A DNA stretch of 64,000 nt. Source: Poseidonia sp. (GTDB taxonomy: Archaea > Thermoplasmatota > Poseidoniia > Poseidoniales > Poseidoniaceae). The stretch covers positions 2,572 through 66,571 of the forward strand of contig JAYPIL010000002.1 in assembly GCA_038127845.1 (NCBI GenBank), read 5' to 3'. Position numbers and translations under genes: made by a program. Below are positions 29,690-38,932 of this stretch, piece after piece. The notes under the pieces are model-generated. The model was not told the origin of the DNA. It saw only the letters and a program-made list of their open reading frames with translations, and searched no databases. Position 1 is the first letter of the stretch; each line of letters opens with the position of its first letter.

Positions 29690-31542
29690 CAAAGACCACC
29701 TCCATCCAAGGCTCCCCATGCAACCAGTTGGGCACGAGCCGTTTGAGTGAGTGAATAATTACGAGAACGACCGGATTGCCGCACCTGTAGAATGCCGTGT
29801 TTCAAGAGGCGATTGCTGATTTGAGAAAGCCGGGCGCGTTTGACCTTGAGATGCTGGAGCATAACGCGGTCGGAAGGCGAGAAGGGCCGGTCGTTCGCAA
29901 CGCCCACAACATAGGCTTCCACCGAATTCAAGGAGCCAAGCAGATGCTTGTCAAGGGGGAAGATTTCCTTTGGCCCAACTTTGCTTTGCGCTCTCGCCTC
30001 GAAAAAAGCCATCAATCGCTCGTGAACGGGCGAGACGCCTTTTGAAGAAGGCCCCATGGTCGTGAGCAGAGCTTCCAAGAGTTGCATCGTTTGTTCATGA
30101 TCAACGGCTTGGTGTGGAGGTGTTGGCGCCTCGAGAGATGGAGATGGCGTGCTTTCTGGCGCATCAAAAAGTGGTTCCTCAATGGCGGGCATCTCCTCGT
30201 GAATTGGTTCAGGCAAACCAATCTCATCATGAATCAACGCTGCCGACTCATCTTCTGAAACGGGTTCTGGAGCTGCTTTAGGGAGACTGGCTTCATCGAC
30301 CCAGAGTTGGGACGAGGCAGAGGCTTCCTGCAACGTACCTTGCCGGTTTTTTGCCTCAGCCCTGAATTGATCCTTCACACCAAGGAAGTCCTTGTTTCGG
30401 TCAGCAAGACGGCCAAATGGGCCACTGGTGGGGAAGGAACGGGACAGGGATGGGTCGGAAGCATCGATGATGGAGGATGGAAAAGGAGGCGGCTGAAGCG
30501 GCTCATCGTTTGATTGCGCTTCATCCAAGGCACCGATATCCAAATCGAACAGCGACATTGGAGACAATTCCTCCTCGTCATCGCCATCAACCGCCAAACC
30601 ATCCTCGTCACGTTGGTCCCATGGAATCGAAGCATCGATGATTTCGGATTCATCCTCAACACGGTCGGACAAAGGAAGGAGGTCATCCGTTCCTTCAGAA
30701 GAGACTTCATCCAAAACCGGAGTCATCAGTGACCCAAGTTGGTGGGGTTCTTCCCTCGGCTGGGGTTTGGCGCTCGAGTCGAAATACGGCTGGTACGAGG
30801 CATTGGACTGTTGCATCCGCAGGGTATCGACGGCGTCACGAAGCATGGCGATAACGGACGCAGGATAACCATCGCAAGCATCGAGGATGGTGTTGGCATC
30901 ATGAAGTGTAAATTGGCTCTCGATGACACCAACCTCTCGCAAGCGCTGCTCGACCAGTTCCAACACGTCCGGGGCAGAAAATGGACGAAGTTTGAAGGGT
31001 TCAAACCCGTTGACGACGGTAGCAGGCAGTTGATGACGTTCTTTGACATCGCATACAAGCACCACCAGGGCTTTCAAGCGCTCAAGAGATGAATGGGCAT
31101 CTCTAAGGGCAACTTCAACCACAGAAAGGTCACTGGCAGGCACGTCGATAACCACGAGCGGAAGTTTGTCGGAGTAGCCATACATTTCCGTTACGAGGCG
31201 GTTCACCAACTCGTTTCTCCCAAGAGGCGGCTCCCCTCCAATGAGTTGCTCGTAGCACATCTCCAACATCGCCTGGGCTGGAGCGCTGGCTGGGAGGTGA
31301 TCGATGGAAATGTAGGCTCCAGCATAGGGTTTGAGGCAGCGAACAAGCGATGTTCTCCCCGAGCCCAACGGACCTGTGAGCATGACACGGCGAGCAGTCC
31401 CAAGTCGCAAATAGCTCCTTAGCAGTGCGAACTGATCTTTTCTGCCCACCAGTTTTGTGGCGTCCCCTGATTCAAGCGGGCGACTTGAGAATGGATTCAC
31501 ATCCAACAACGGTAAGCCGAAAGCGTGGGTCTCTTTCACCAT
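29689..31542 (-). CDS. AAA+/STAND-like ATPase with a long acidic linker and a C-terminal winged-helix DNA-binding domain (Orc1/Cdc6-like architecture)
   Basis: 617 aa. NPFSSRP...LVGRKDQFALLRSYL, Walker A LTGPLGSGRTSL and Walker B-like LPLVVIDV. About 250 aa of Asp/Glu/Pro/Ser-rich low complexity. The C-terminal RARLSQISNRLLKHGILQVRQSGRSRNYSLT is MarR/wHTH-like. Confidence 0.6.
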   Translation of the reverse strand: MVKETHAFGLPLLDVNPFSSRPLESGDATKLVGRKDQFALLRSYLRLGTARRVMLTGPLGSGRTSLVRCLKPYAGAYISIDHLPASAPAQAMLEMCYEQLIGGEPPLGRNELVNRLVTEMYGYSDKLPLVVIDVPASDLSVVEVALRDAHSSLERLKALVVLVCDVKERHQLPATVVNGFEPFKLRPFSAPDVLELVEQRLREVGVIESQFTLHDANTILDACDGYPASVIAMLRDAVDTLRMQQSNASYQPYFDSSAKPQPREEPHQLGSLMTPVLDEVSSEGTDDLLPLSDRVEDESEIIDASIPWDQRDEDGLAVDGDDEEELSPMSLFDLDIGALDEAQSNDEPLQPPPFPSSIIDASDPSLSRSFPTSGPFGRLADRNKDFLGVKDQFRAEAKNRQGTLQEASASSQLWVDEASLPKAAPEPVSEDESAALIHDEIGLPEPIHEEMPAIEEPLFDAPESTPSPSLEAPTPPHQAVDHEQTMQLLEALLTTMGPSSKGVSPVHERLMAFFEARAQSKVGPKEIFPLDKHLLGSLNSVEAYVVGVANDRPFSPSDRVMLQHLKVKRARLSQISNRLLKHGILQVRQSGRSRNYSLTQTARAQLVAWGALDGGGL

Positions 31543-31610
31543 AGACTTCCAACGGACTTCAAGTATTTGATGTTTGATTCAACTGCGCCGCCTTCAAGAC
31601 CTGTTACAAA

Positions 31611-31706
31611 CCGTTAGAATGGAAGCCGCCATTGATTCTAATGTGGAGTTAACGGCTGCTTAACGCATAATTAACGCGTTAGAGAAGGTGTTAATTTCCG
31701 TTAACC
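31611..31706. promoter_or_regulatory. Cluster of palindromes and TTAAC(G) repeats in the spacer between the ATPase-wHTH operon and hmgA
   Basis: Read directly. TTAGAATGG-N6-CCATTGATTCTAA at 31614-31641. TTAACG at 31649, 31660 and 31671. A perfect 10-bp palindrome TAACGCGTTA at 31672-31681. GTTAATTTCCGTTAAC at 31690-31705. This is the most AT-rich non-coding stretch in the window. The function is inferred. Confidence 0.3.
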
Positions 31707-31771
31707 TTCACCTCCAACAAGGGCGATTGGTTCAAGGAAGGCCTACGCCACCCCTCCACAAGGGGAAGGTT

Positions 31772-33070
31772 ATGCCTGTGGAAAACAGTCGAATTTCTGG
31801 CCTGTACAAAATGACGGTTGAAGAACGCCGGAGATTGGTCAGTGAGGCGGCTGGCTTGAGTACGGACCAGATCGCAGCCCTCGCACATTACGGAGAATTG
31901 GACGAACAGGCCGCCGACAGGATGATCGAGAATGTCATCGGCACCATGTCCCTGCCCGTGGGAGTTGCGACCAATTTCATCGTTGATGGAAAACACTACC
32001 TCATCCCCTTTTGCGTCGAAGAATCAAGCGTTGTGGCCGCTGCATCCAACATGGCAAAGCGTTGCTTGAGCAAAGGAGGATTCTCTACAAACAACGATCC
32101 CCCCGTGATGATCGGTCAACTTCAAGTCCTCGAGATCGAAGACATGGAACGCGCCATGAAAGCGATTGATGGAGCAAAGGACGAATTGTTGGCCTTCTGC
32201 AACGACGTCCCCTCCAGAATGATTGCCCTTGGAGGTGGATGCAAGGACATCCTCACTCGTCGACTCACAACGGAACTTGGCGAGATGCTGGTGATGCACT
32301 TGCTGGTAGACTGCAGAGATGCTATGGGCGCCAATGCCGTTAACACCATGGTGGAGCGAGTCGCTCCAACCATCGAAGAATTGACCGGAGGAAGAGCACA
32401 CCTCCGCATTCTTTCCAACCTGGCAGGCCATCGCTTGGCGAGGGTAAAGGCCACCTTTACCCCCGAAGAAATGGCCTCTGATGGCACCCGAGAGGACGGT
32501 CTTGTGACCATCAAAGGCATCCTCGAGGCACACACGTTTGCAGTTGAGGACCCCTACAGGGCGACAACGCACAACAAAGGCATCATGAACGCCATCAGCA
32601 GCATTGCGCTCGCCTGTGGACAGGATTGGCGTGCGATTGAAGCAGGGTGCCATGCTTGGCCCACGCTGCAGCATGGCAAGTACACCTCGATGTCGCATTG
32701 GGAACAAGACGACGACGGCAACCTCGTCGGGAGCATGGAGCTCCCGATGGCCGTAGGCATTGTCGGAGGTGCTTCCAAAGTCCATCCAGCCGCACAGGCC
32801 AACCTTGCTATCCTCGGTGTTGAGACTGCACAGGAACTTGCAGGAATCATGCTCTGTGCGGGGTTGGCCCAAAACCTTGGTGCGCTCAGAGCGCTTTCAA
32901 CCAAAGGCATTCAAGCAGGTCACATGAAATTGCACGCCAAAAACATGGCCGTCAGCGCAGGTGCTGTTGGTGGAGAAATTGACCTTCTCGCATCCCGTCT
33001 ACAAGCCTTTGAAGGCCACCGTTCACAAACGCTGGTTGAGCAATGGCTCAAAGAGCTTCGAGAGGGCTGA
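31772..33070 (+). CDS. hmgA: HMG-CoA reductase, class II
   Basis: From ATG 31772, with an AGGGGAAGG ribosome-binding site: MPVENSRISGLYKMTVEERRRLV, ENVIGTMSLPVGVATNFIVDGKHYLIPFCVEESSVVAAASNMAK, DAMGANAVNT and GIQAGHMKLH are class II HMGR blocks. The track ORF starts at GTG 31688. Confidence 0.9.
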   Translation: MPVENSRISGLYKMTVEERRRLVSEAAGLSTDQIAALAHYGELDEQAADRMIENVIGTMSLPVGVATNFIVDGKHYLIPFCVEESSVVAAASNMAKRCLSKGGFSTNNDPPVMIGQLQVLEIEDMERAMKAIDGAKDELLAFCNDVPSRMIALGGGCKDILTRRLTTELGEMLVMHLLVDCRDAMGANAVNTMVERVAPTIEELTGGRAHLRILSNLAGHRLARVKATFTPEEMASDGTREDGLVTIKGILEAHTFAVEDPYRATTHNKGIMNAISSIALACGQDWRAIEAGCHAWPTLQHGKYTSMSHWEQDDDGNLVGSMELPMAVGIVGGASKVHPAAQANLAILGVETAQELAGIMLCAGLAQNLGALRALSTKGIQAGHMKLHAKNMAVSAGAVGGEIDLLASRLQAFEGHRSQTLVEQWLKELREG

Positions 33071-33072
33071 CT

Positions 33073-33681
33073 TCACTCTTCCTCAGGTAGCGGGAGTGAA
33101 GCCTGAACGGTCCCCCCTTCGGCCCCTTCATCACGCAACACATCGTTTGCTGCCAATTCATCGAGCAGGCCAGAGGCTTGCACTTGTTCACGGAACCAAG
33201 CTTTGACCTTCTTGCGGTCCGTATGTGGGCAACCAAAGGCCTCCGAGAAGCGCCGCGTCGTTGCAAGCCGCCGAGTGTTGCCGTCTTTGCGTCGGTCAAC
33301 CATGCCCAACTGGGCAAGTTCACGGACGTAATCGTAGGCTTTCTGCCCCAAAAGTTCAACCAACCTCGATTGAGGCATGGGCTGGTGGTAGGCAATCAAG
33401 GCTGCAGCCTTGAGAAGTTTCGGCGGCATGTCTGTCTTGGTTTCCTTTGGGAGATGGGAAGCGATCGCCGGTTTGACTTCCAAGGCCCACCGGTCGCCAA
33501 CTTCAGCCAACTGGAGAGCACCTCCTTTGCGCCGGCGTAGGGTTGCCTGAAGAGAACCAAGACAATCGAGCATTTCGTCCTCATCGTAGCCCAGCGCTTC
33601 AGACAGTTCATGAACGGACATGGATTTACCTGAACTGAAGAGCGTGGCTTCAATCAGCGTTTCAAGAGGCGTTTCCGACAT
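33073..33681 (-). CDS. scpB: Segregation and condensation protein B
   Basis: LETLIEATLFSSGKSMSVHELSEALG plus tandem winged-helix organisation, directly downstream of scpA. ATG 33681 is preceded by GGAGGTG. The track start is GTG 33687. Confidence 0.8.
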   Translation of the reverse strand: MSETPLETLIEATLFSSGKSMSVHELSEALGYDEDEMLDCLGSLQATLRRRKGGALQLAEVGDRWALEVKPAIASHLPKETKTDMPPKLLKAAALIAYHQPMPQSRLVELLGQKAYDYVRELAQLGMVDRRKDGNTRRLATTRRFSEAFGCPHTDRKKVKAWFREQVQASGLLDELAANDVLRDEGAEGGTVQASLPLPEEE

Positions 33682-33693
33682 CACCACACCTCC

Positions 33694-34890
33694 TCATTCC
33701 ACCAGCCAGTCGTGTTCGCCCAGGCCATCCTGGGTTTCGGTAGGCTGGGAAACCTCCGCAGCAGCAACCTCTGCCTCAAGCTTCGCTTGACGCCGTGCTT
33801 CGCGTTCTTCGGCTCGTCGGGCTCGCTCAGCAAGCGCCTCCATCCTGTGGTCTGAACCGGTGCTCTCACCTTCGAGCCCCTCTGCATCCTCGGCCATGAC
33901 CGCTTCAACAGCGTCCAACACATCCGTGAACACGTTGATTTCTGGCCACAAATCTTCAATCATGATGTTCGAGACGGCCTCGCCTTCCTGTGAAATACTC
34001 GCCATACGCCGATGCGTAAGGAACAATCCTGCGATGAAGGAAGCGACGAAAGCCTCGCTGTCTGCATCGTCAAGCCCATTTCCAAACAGGGAAATCAACA
34101 TGGGTTTGAGTTTCTCCATCACCGCCATCAAGGGCACTGTGGATGACCGCTGTTCCGCACAGGTTTCCTTCAGCGCGTTCCAACAGCGTTCGATGTCGCC
34201 CTCAAGGTCTTCGTTGTGCATTCGACCACCAACGTTGTCGAGGTACTCGCTCAGTTCACGCTCATGCTCCAAGCGATTGATTTCACGCTGTTTGAGATTT
34301 TCAGCATCGTCAGCTGCATCTTTGAAGGCAGAAAGCAACTCGGCAAGCGTGACTGGTCGACCTTCATCTCGTCGAACACGCTCGTCAAACAGCGTCGGTA
34401 GAACATCATCTGCGGCGCCGTCCAGGACGGATTGCGTGAAGAAAAAGGCCTCATCGTCGTAGTCCTGCTCCCATCCAAAGGAGAGGTCGTCACCCCACTC
34501 TTCCTCTTGTTCGGGTGGCTGGATTTTCTCAAACAAAACAACAGACTGATGGTGAAGCACTTCCCAAGAGAGTCGTATGAGACGTCCACATGCAGGCAGG
34601 TCGAGGTTTTCTTCTTCCTGCACGCGTTTTGAAAAGACCGTCAAAAAGGTGGACAAATCGACGTTCCACGGGTTGAATTCCTCTTCCCGGACCAACGAGA
34701 GGACCAAAGCCACCGAGCGGTCAAACGGGTCGTGGAGGCTCTGATGTTCGGCTTCCTCTGTTGCGGCAATGTTCGCAATACGCTGACCAAACAATTCAGC
34801 GTCAATGTGGTCCTCACCGTGCGCGAGAAGCTCGTCGATGATTTCCTGCTTCAGAAACCATCGGTCCAAAGCACCTTGCTCTTCTGCCAC
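33694..34890 (-). CDS. scpA: Segregation and condensation protein A (kleisin)
   Basis: 398 aa. EEFNPWNVDLSTFLTVF (ScpA N-terminal motif), an acidic middle and a C-terminal wHTH-like region. GTG start 9 nt after the smc stop, with a GGTGGA ribosome-binding site. Confidence 0.75.
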   Translation of the reverse strand: MAEEQGALDRWFLKQEIIDELLAHGEDHIDAELFGQRIANIAATEEAEHQSLHDPFDRSVALVLSLVREEEFNPWNVDLSTFLTVFSKRVQEEENLDLPACGRLIRLSWEVLHHQSVVLFEKIQPPEQEEEWGDDLSFGWEQDYDDEAFFFTQSVLDGAADDVLPTLFDERVRRDEGRPVTLAELLSAFKDAADDAENLKQREINRLEHERELSEYLDNVGGRMHNEDLEGDIERCWNALKETCAEQRSSTVPLMAVMEKLKPMLISLFGNGLDDADSEAFVASFIAGLFLTHRRMASISQEGEAVSNIMIEDLWPEINVFTDVLDAVEAVMAEDAEGLEGESTGSDHRMEALAERARRAEEREARRQAKLEAEVAAAEVSQPTETQDGLGEHDWLVE

Positions 34891-34899
34891 GCTTCCACC

Positions 34900-37800
34900 T
34901 CACTCGTCCATTTGTTCAACCGTGGTTGATTCCGCCTCAGTTGGTCCCTCAACTTCTGCTTCGATGACTTGAGCAGCCACTTCAGCACGTTCGTTGATGT
35001 CTTCCGTCGTTTCTTGCGTTCGTTCCATCAAGTTCCCGAGGCTCGGTGCCTCCAGTTCACCCTCAGAGGATTGGAGATGTGGAAGCAGACCTCCCAGACT
35101 GCGAGGCACATCCAATTCATCGGGCACTTGAGGCATGTCTTCAGCAGCAGCCACCGCATCCATGATTCGGGATTCGTTCTTGGCCGCGTCTTTCTGAGCC
35201 TCTTTGAGGGCAGCCTCACCGAGGGCGATGGCATGTTCTCGGTCAAAGTCGAGGATGCGACGGCTGCAACCATCGCCGCCGTGGGTAATGCCGATGTGGT
35301 GGTCGGCCAGTTTCAACGACACCTTGCGGAGCGTGACCATGATGAATTGCGCTCGTTTGCTGCGTTGACGGCACATTTTTGCGATTCTCTCGGCGTTGTA
35401 GGCATCCAGGTTTTGGTCCACCTCGTCGAAGTAATAGAACGGGCTCGGGTCGTAATCTTGGATGGCGAAAATGAGGGCAAGTGCGGCCATGGATTGCTCG
35501 CCGCCGGACAATTGTTGACGGCTGACTTTGGAGGACTTTCCTCGCGGTTGCGCCCAAAGTTCCAATCCTCCCTTGAAGGGTTCATCGGGATTTTCAAGGA
35601 ACAATTCGCCCCGGCCACCGTCCGAGAGTTCGTTGTAGGATTTCTTGAAATTCTCGTTGACCTTCTCCAACACATCGAGAAGCCGCTCTTTTCGTTGCGT
35701 TTCGAGTTGTTCCGTGATCTCGATGAGATGTTTGCGTCGCGTTTGGAGGGTAGCAAACTCGTCCTTCATCAAATCGAGACGAGCCTCGCATTCATCGTAT
35801 TGCTGAATGGCCATCATGTTGACGTTGCCAAAGTCTTCGAGCCTGCGTTGAAGACGGCGGAGTTTACGCTCCAGTTCACCCACGTTTTCGAGGTTGTCAG
35901 GCATGTCGTGCAGGGAGAGATTGGCGTCGATGAGTTCCTGAGCCATCAACTGCACCTCTTGTTCTTTCTCTGCGATGGTACGACCGAGTTCGTGAGCCAA
36001 TCGGCGGTGGTTTTCGGATTGCGCAAGCCGCTCTTCGTTGCGAACTCGCAATGTGGCTCGCTGGTCGGTGAGTTCTTGCCGTTCGTCCTCCAAGCCTTGG
36101 TTTTCTTCGAGATAAACGGCCTGTTCATCCTTTTTCGCTTTCAATTCCATACGGTCGGATGCCAACGTGGCCTCGAGTTCATCAACCCGCTCGATGCGTG
36201 CCTCTTTGTTGGCTTTCAGCGCAAGGATTCGTGCCTCGATGTCGTCAACCCGTCGCTGCAGAACGGCTTGATGGTTCGCCCCGTTCGCAATCGTTTCTTC
36301 CGCTTTTTCTTGCTCGCCTTGGGCCGTCACCCGCTTCAAGTTTGCAGCGTGCATGCGGTCTCGGAGGTGTTCGGGACTGGCGGCTTCAAGGGCGTGTTTT
36401 GCGGTTTCTTTTGCATCGAAAGAGACCTGGTAAACCCGTTCGGCTGCATCAAGGGCCCGCAAAGAATCCTGTGCTTCAAGGCGTACTTCATCGAGTTTGG
36501 TTTCGAGGGCTCCAGCCACATCTGAGGCCTTTTTGTGCGAGGCGGTGACCTGTCGCTTTTCGGCCTGCAACTCACGAAGTTGTGAAGCATGCGAATCATC
36601 GACAAGGGCGTTGATCTTGTTGCGAATGGTTTGTTGATTTTGCCGTGCCTCTCTCAAGGCCTCGTTGACCGTGGTCTCTGCGAGCATGTACTGCTGGACT
36701 TGAGCCGTGTATTTCTCAACCTCCGATGCGCCCTGAATCCGGCCGCCAAAGGAAATCGACATCTTTCGTTGAGCGCCTCCGACCATGGCACCACCTGCCT
36801 CAACAACGTCACCACGTAGCGTCACGAAGCGAACACCGCCCATGTATCGGCGAGCAGTAGCCATGTTTTCGACAACAAGCGTGTTTCGCAAAACAAACCG
36901 AACCGCCCCGTCAATGCGAGGGTCGAAGTCCATCATCTCATGAGCAAAACCGAGGACGTCGTCCTTTCGAGCCGTCATCATGGCTTTCCCGGCCGGTCGT
37001 GTGTTCGTGAGCTTGTTGAGCGGCAGGAACGTTGCGCGACCTGCTCGGTTTTCTGCGAGCCAGCGAATCGCCTTGGCTGCATCCTCATCGGTGTCCACGA
37101 CCACGGAAGCCATTCCAGCCCCAATGGCGGTGGCCAAAGCCACCTCGTGGGTAGCATCCTTGGGAGCGCACAACTCGGCAATCGTCCCGATGATGCCATC
37201 GAGTTCACCTCGGTCACGAGCCCCAATCACTGCACTTGCGCCACCTGCAAGGCCCTTGGCACCTGACTTCTGCTCCATCTCTGCCTTCGCCAGGCTCAAC
37301 GAACGTTCAGCCTCTCGGAGTTTGACCTCAACACGACTCCGGTCCTCGCTCAATTGGGACTCGGCTCGCTGAGCATCTACCAGCGCCTTTGCAAGGGCTT
37401 CACGGTCAAATTCGGGAGCCTCGTCGTTCATGGCCTCGATTTGTAGGTCAAGTTCACCCAACGAAAGTCGAATGCGCTCTTGTTCTTCCTGAGCATCCGC
37501 AAGTTGCTTGCCGATGAGTTCTGCCTCAACGGCCAGGCGGTCCACATCGGATTGGGCTTGGGCTTTGTTGGCGAGGTCGCTCTCGACCTTTTCTTCGGCC
37601 TTGGTGAGGGCCTCACTCAAGGCTTGGTTCTGCTCACCAGCTGATTCGAGCGCCAGCCGCACCTGTTCCTCTTCTTGCTGGGCTTCTTGAAGCGAGTTGA
37701 GGGCCTCTTGCAAGGCGGCGTTGGCCGTCTCAAGGTTTGACTTGAACGTGTTCAATTCCTCCGTGGCTTCTTCGAGTTGAGCGTTGGCTGCGTCAAATTC

Positions 37801-38799
37801 AACACCCTCTTCCTGTTCTTCTTTCGCTGCGTCAGCAATGCGATCGGAGTTCAACTCGATGGCGACTTGGAGGGCTTGAATGGCTTGGCCAAGTTCAGAT
37901 GTTTCACCACCGGTGAGTTTGTTGATTTCTGCTTGCAACTCAGCGATTTTATCGTCAAGTTCGAGCAGCGTTTTCTCGGTCACTTTGTGATCGTCGAGCA
38001 GTCGTTGACTGTCGTCGAGGTATTTTTGCCGTTGCTCGATGTGAAATTGGAGTTCGTTCTTCATGGTTGCATAACGGGATTGGAGCAACAAGGCGTTTGT
38101 CAAGGTGATGGAATCCGTGACCTCTTTGGCTTTCTGGGCCACATGCCGTTCCTTGGCCAGGGTTGACAAACGCTCGAGCTGCTCTTTCTCGAGCATGCCA
38201 ATCCGCTCAAGATAGCTCTCAACCTTCTCTTTTTGCTTGGTCGCTTTGCGAATCTCATCGTCGTAGGAGGTGACGCCTGCCACGTTGTCAAGGACTTTTC
38301 TTCGTTCATTTGCGGTCATTTTTGCGAGGCTCGTGACGTCGCCCTGCAAGACGATGTTGTAGCCGTCAGGCCGGGCATTCGCAGCGCCAAGCAGACGATG
38401 AAACACCTTCTGGCTGCTGTCTTCCCCATTCAACATGTACGTCGTCACGGGGTTGTTGGAAGATGTGAGGCGAATTCGGCGAGACATGCGAATTTCTTCT
38501 TTGTCAAGCGGCAGACGGCGGCGACCGTTGGCCATGACAGGATTCGCGAACACCAGCGTGACCGAACAATCTCGAGCTGGTTTGGAATTCTTTCCGCCGT
38601 TGAAGATGAGGTCCGTCGAGTTTTGGGCGCGAATCACCCGATTTGACTTCGGGCCGAGAACAAATTGAATGGCATCGCCACAGTTTGATTTCCCGGACCC
38701 GTTCGGACCTGTGATAGCTGTAAAACCACGGTCGAGGGGGACCGTCACCTCGCCCTTGAACGATTTGAAATTGAGCATTTCAAGTGATTTTAGATACAT
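34900..38799 (-). CDS. smc: Chromosome segregation ATPase SMC
   Basis: 1299 aa. FKSFKG...ITGPNGSGKSN (Walker A), long coiled coils, a hinge (GTIAELC...AIGAGMASVVVD), LSGGEQSMAALALIFAIQ (signature motif) and YYFDEVD (Walker B). Confidence 0.96.
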   Translation of the reverse strand: MYLKSLEMLNFKSFKGEVTVPLDRGFTAITGPNGSGKSNCGDAIQFVLGPKSNRVIRAQNSTDLIFNGGKNSKPARDCSVTLVFANPVMANGRRRLPLDKEEIRMSRRIRLTSSNNPVTTYMLNGEDSSQKVFHRLLGAANARPDGYNIVLQGDVTSLAKMTANERRKVLDNVAGVTSYDDEIRKATKQKEKVESYLERIGMLEKEQLERLSTLAKERHVAQKAKEVTDSITLTNALLLQSRYATMKNELQFHIEQRQKYLDDSQRLLDDHKVTEKTLLELDDKIAELQAEINKLTGGETSELGQAIQALQVAIELNSDRIADAAKEEQEEGVEFDAANAQLEEATEELNTFKSNLETANAALQEALNSLQEAQQEEEQVRLALESAGEQNQALSEALTKAEEKVESDLANKAQAQSDVDRLAVEAELIGKQLADAQEEQERIRLSLGELDLQIEAMNDEAPEFDREALAKALVDAQRAESQLSEDRSRVEVKLREAERSLSLAKAEMEQKSGAKGLAGGASAVIGARDRGELDGIIGTIAELCAPKDATHEVALATAIGAGMASVVVDTDEDAAKAIRWLAENRAGRATFLPLNKLTNTRPAGKAMMTARKDDVLGFAHEMMDFDPRIDGAVRFVLRNTLVVENMATARRYMGGVRFVTLRGDVVEAGGAMVGGAQRKMSISFGGRIQGASEVEKYTAQVQQYMLAETTVNEALREARQNQQTIRNKINALVDDSHASQLRELQAEKRQVTASHKKASDVAGALETKLDEVRLEAQDSLRALDAAERVYQVSFDAKETAKHALEAASPEHLRDRMHAANLKRVTAQGEQEKAEETIANGANHQAVLQRRVDDIEARILALKANKEARIERVDELEATLASDRMELKAKKDEQAVYLEENQGLEDERQELTDQRATLRVRNEERLAQSENHRRLAHELGRTIAEKEQEVQLMAQELIDANLSLHDMPDNLENVGELERKLRRLQRRLEDFGNVNMMAIQQYDECEARLDLMKDEFATLQTRRKHLIEITEQLETQRKERLLDVLEKVNENFKKSYNELSDGGRGELFLENPDEPFKGGLELWAQPRGKSSKVSRQQLSGGEQSMAALALIFAIQDYDPSPFYYFDEVDQNLDAYNAERIAKMCRQRSKRAQFIMVTLRKVSLKLADHHIGITHGGDGCSRRILDFDREHAIALGEAALKEAQKDAAKNESRIMDAVAAAEDMPQVPDELDVPRSLGGLLPHLQSSEGELEAPSLGNLMERTQETTEDINERAEVAAQVIEAEVEGPTEAESTTVEQMDE

Positions 38800-38932
38800 C
38801 CCTATCCCTCATGCGATGGAACAAATCTCCACCACATTCTGAACACCCGTCTGTTACAGGATTTAAACCATACGAAGAATGAGGGTTCAGTGCCACGATT
38901 TTGAAGGGGATGTTTCGACCGCCGAAGTCCCT

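Noticed and set aside
34969-36525. 518-aa plus-strand ORF antisense to smc (also 36159-36548, 37777-38166 and 38233-38646)
   Set aside because: The SMC coiled coils are encoded by GAG/CTC/GCC-rich codons whose complement lacks stops. The antisense translation is Phe/Leu/Val-rich nonsense without motifs, whereas the sense frame carries the Walker A, signature and Walker B motifs.
38800-38932. Possible C/D-box sRNA or other ncRNA in the 133-bp spacer upstream of smc (also 39704-39821)
   Set aside because: No proper RUGAUGA/CUGA box pairs with terminal complementarity are present on either strand. Only a GTGATGT fragment (about 39793) and isolated CTGA tetramers occur.
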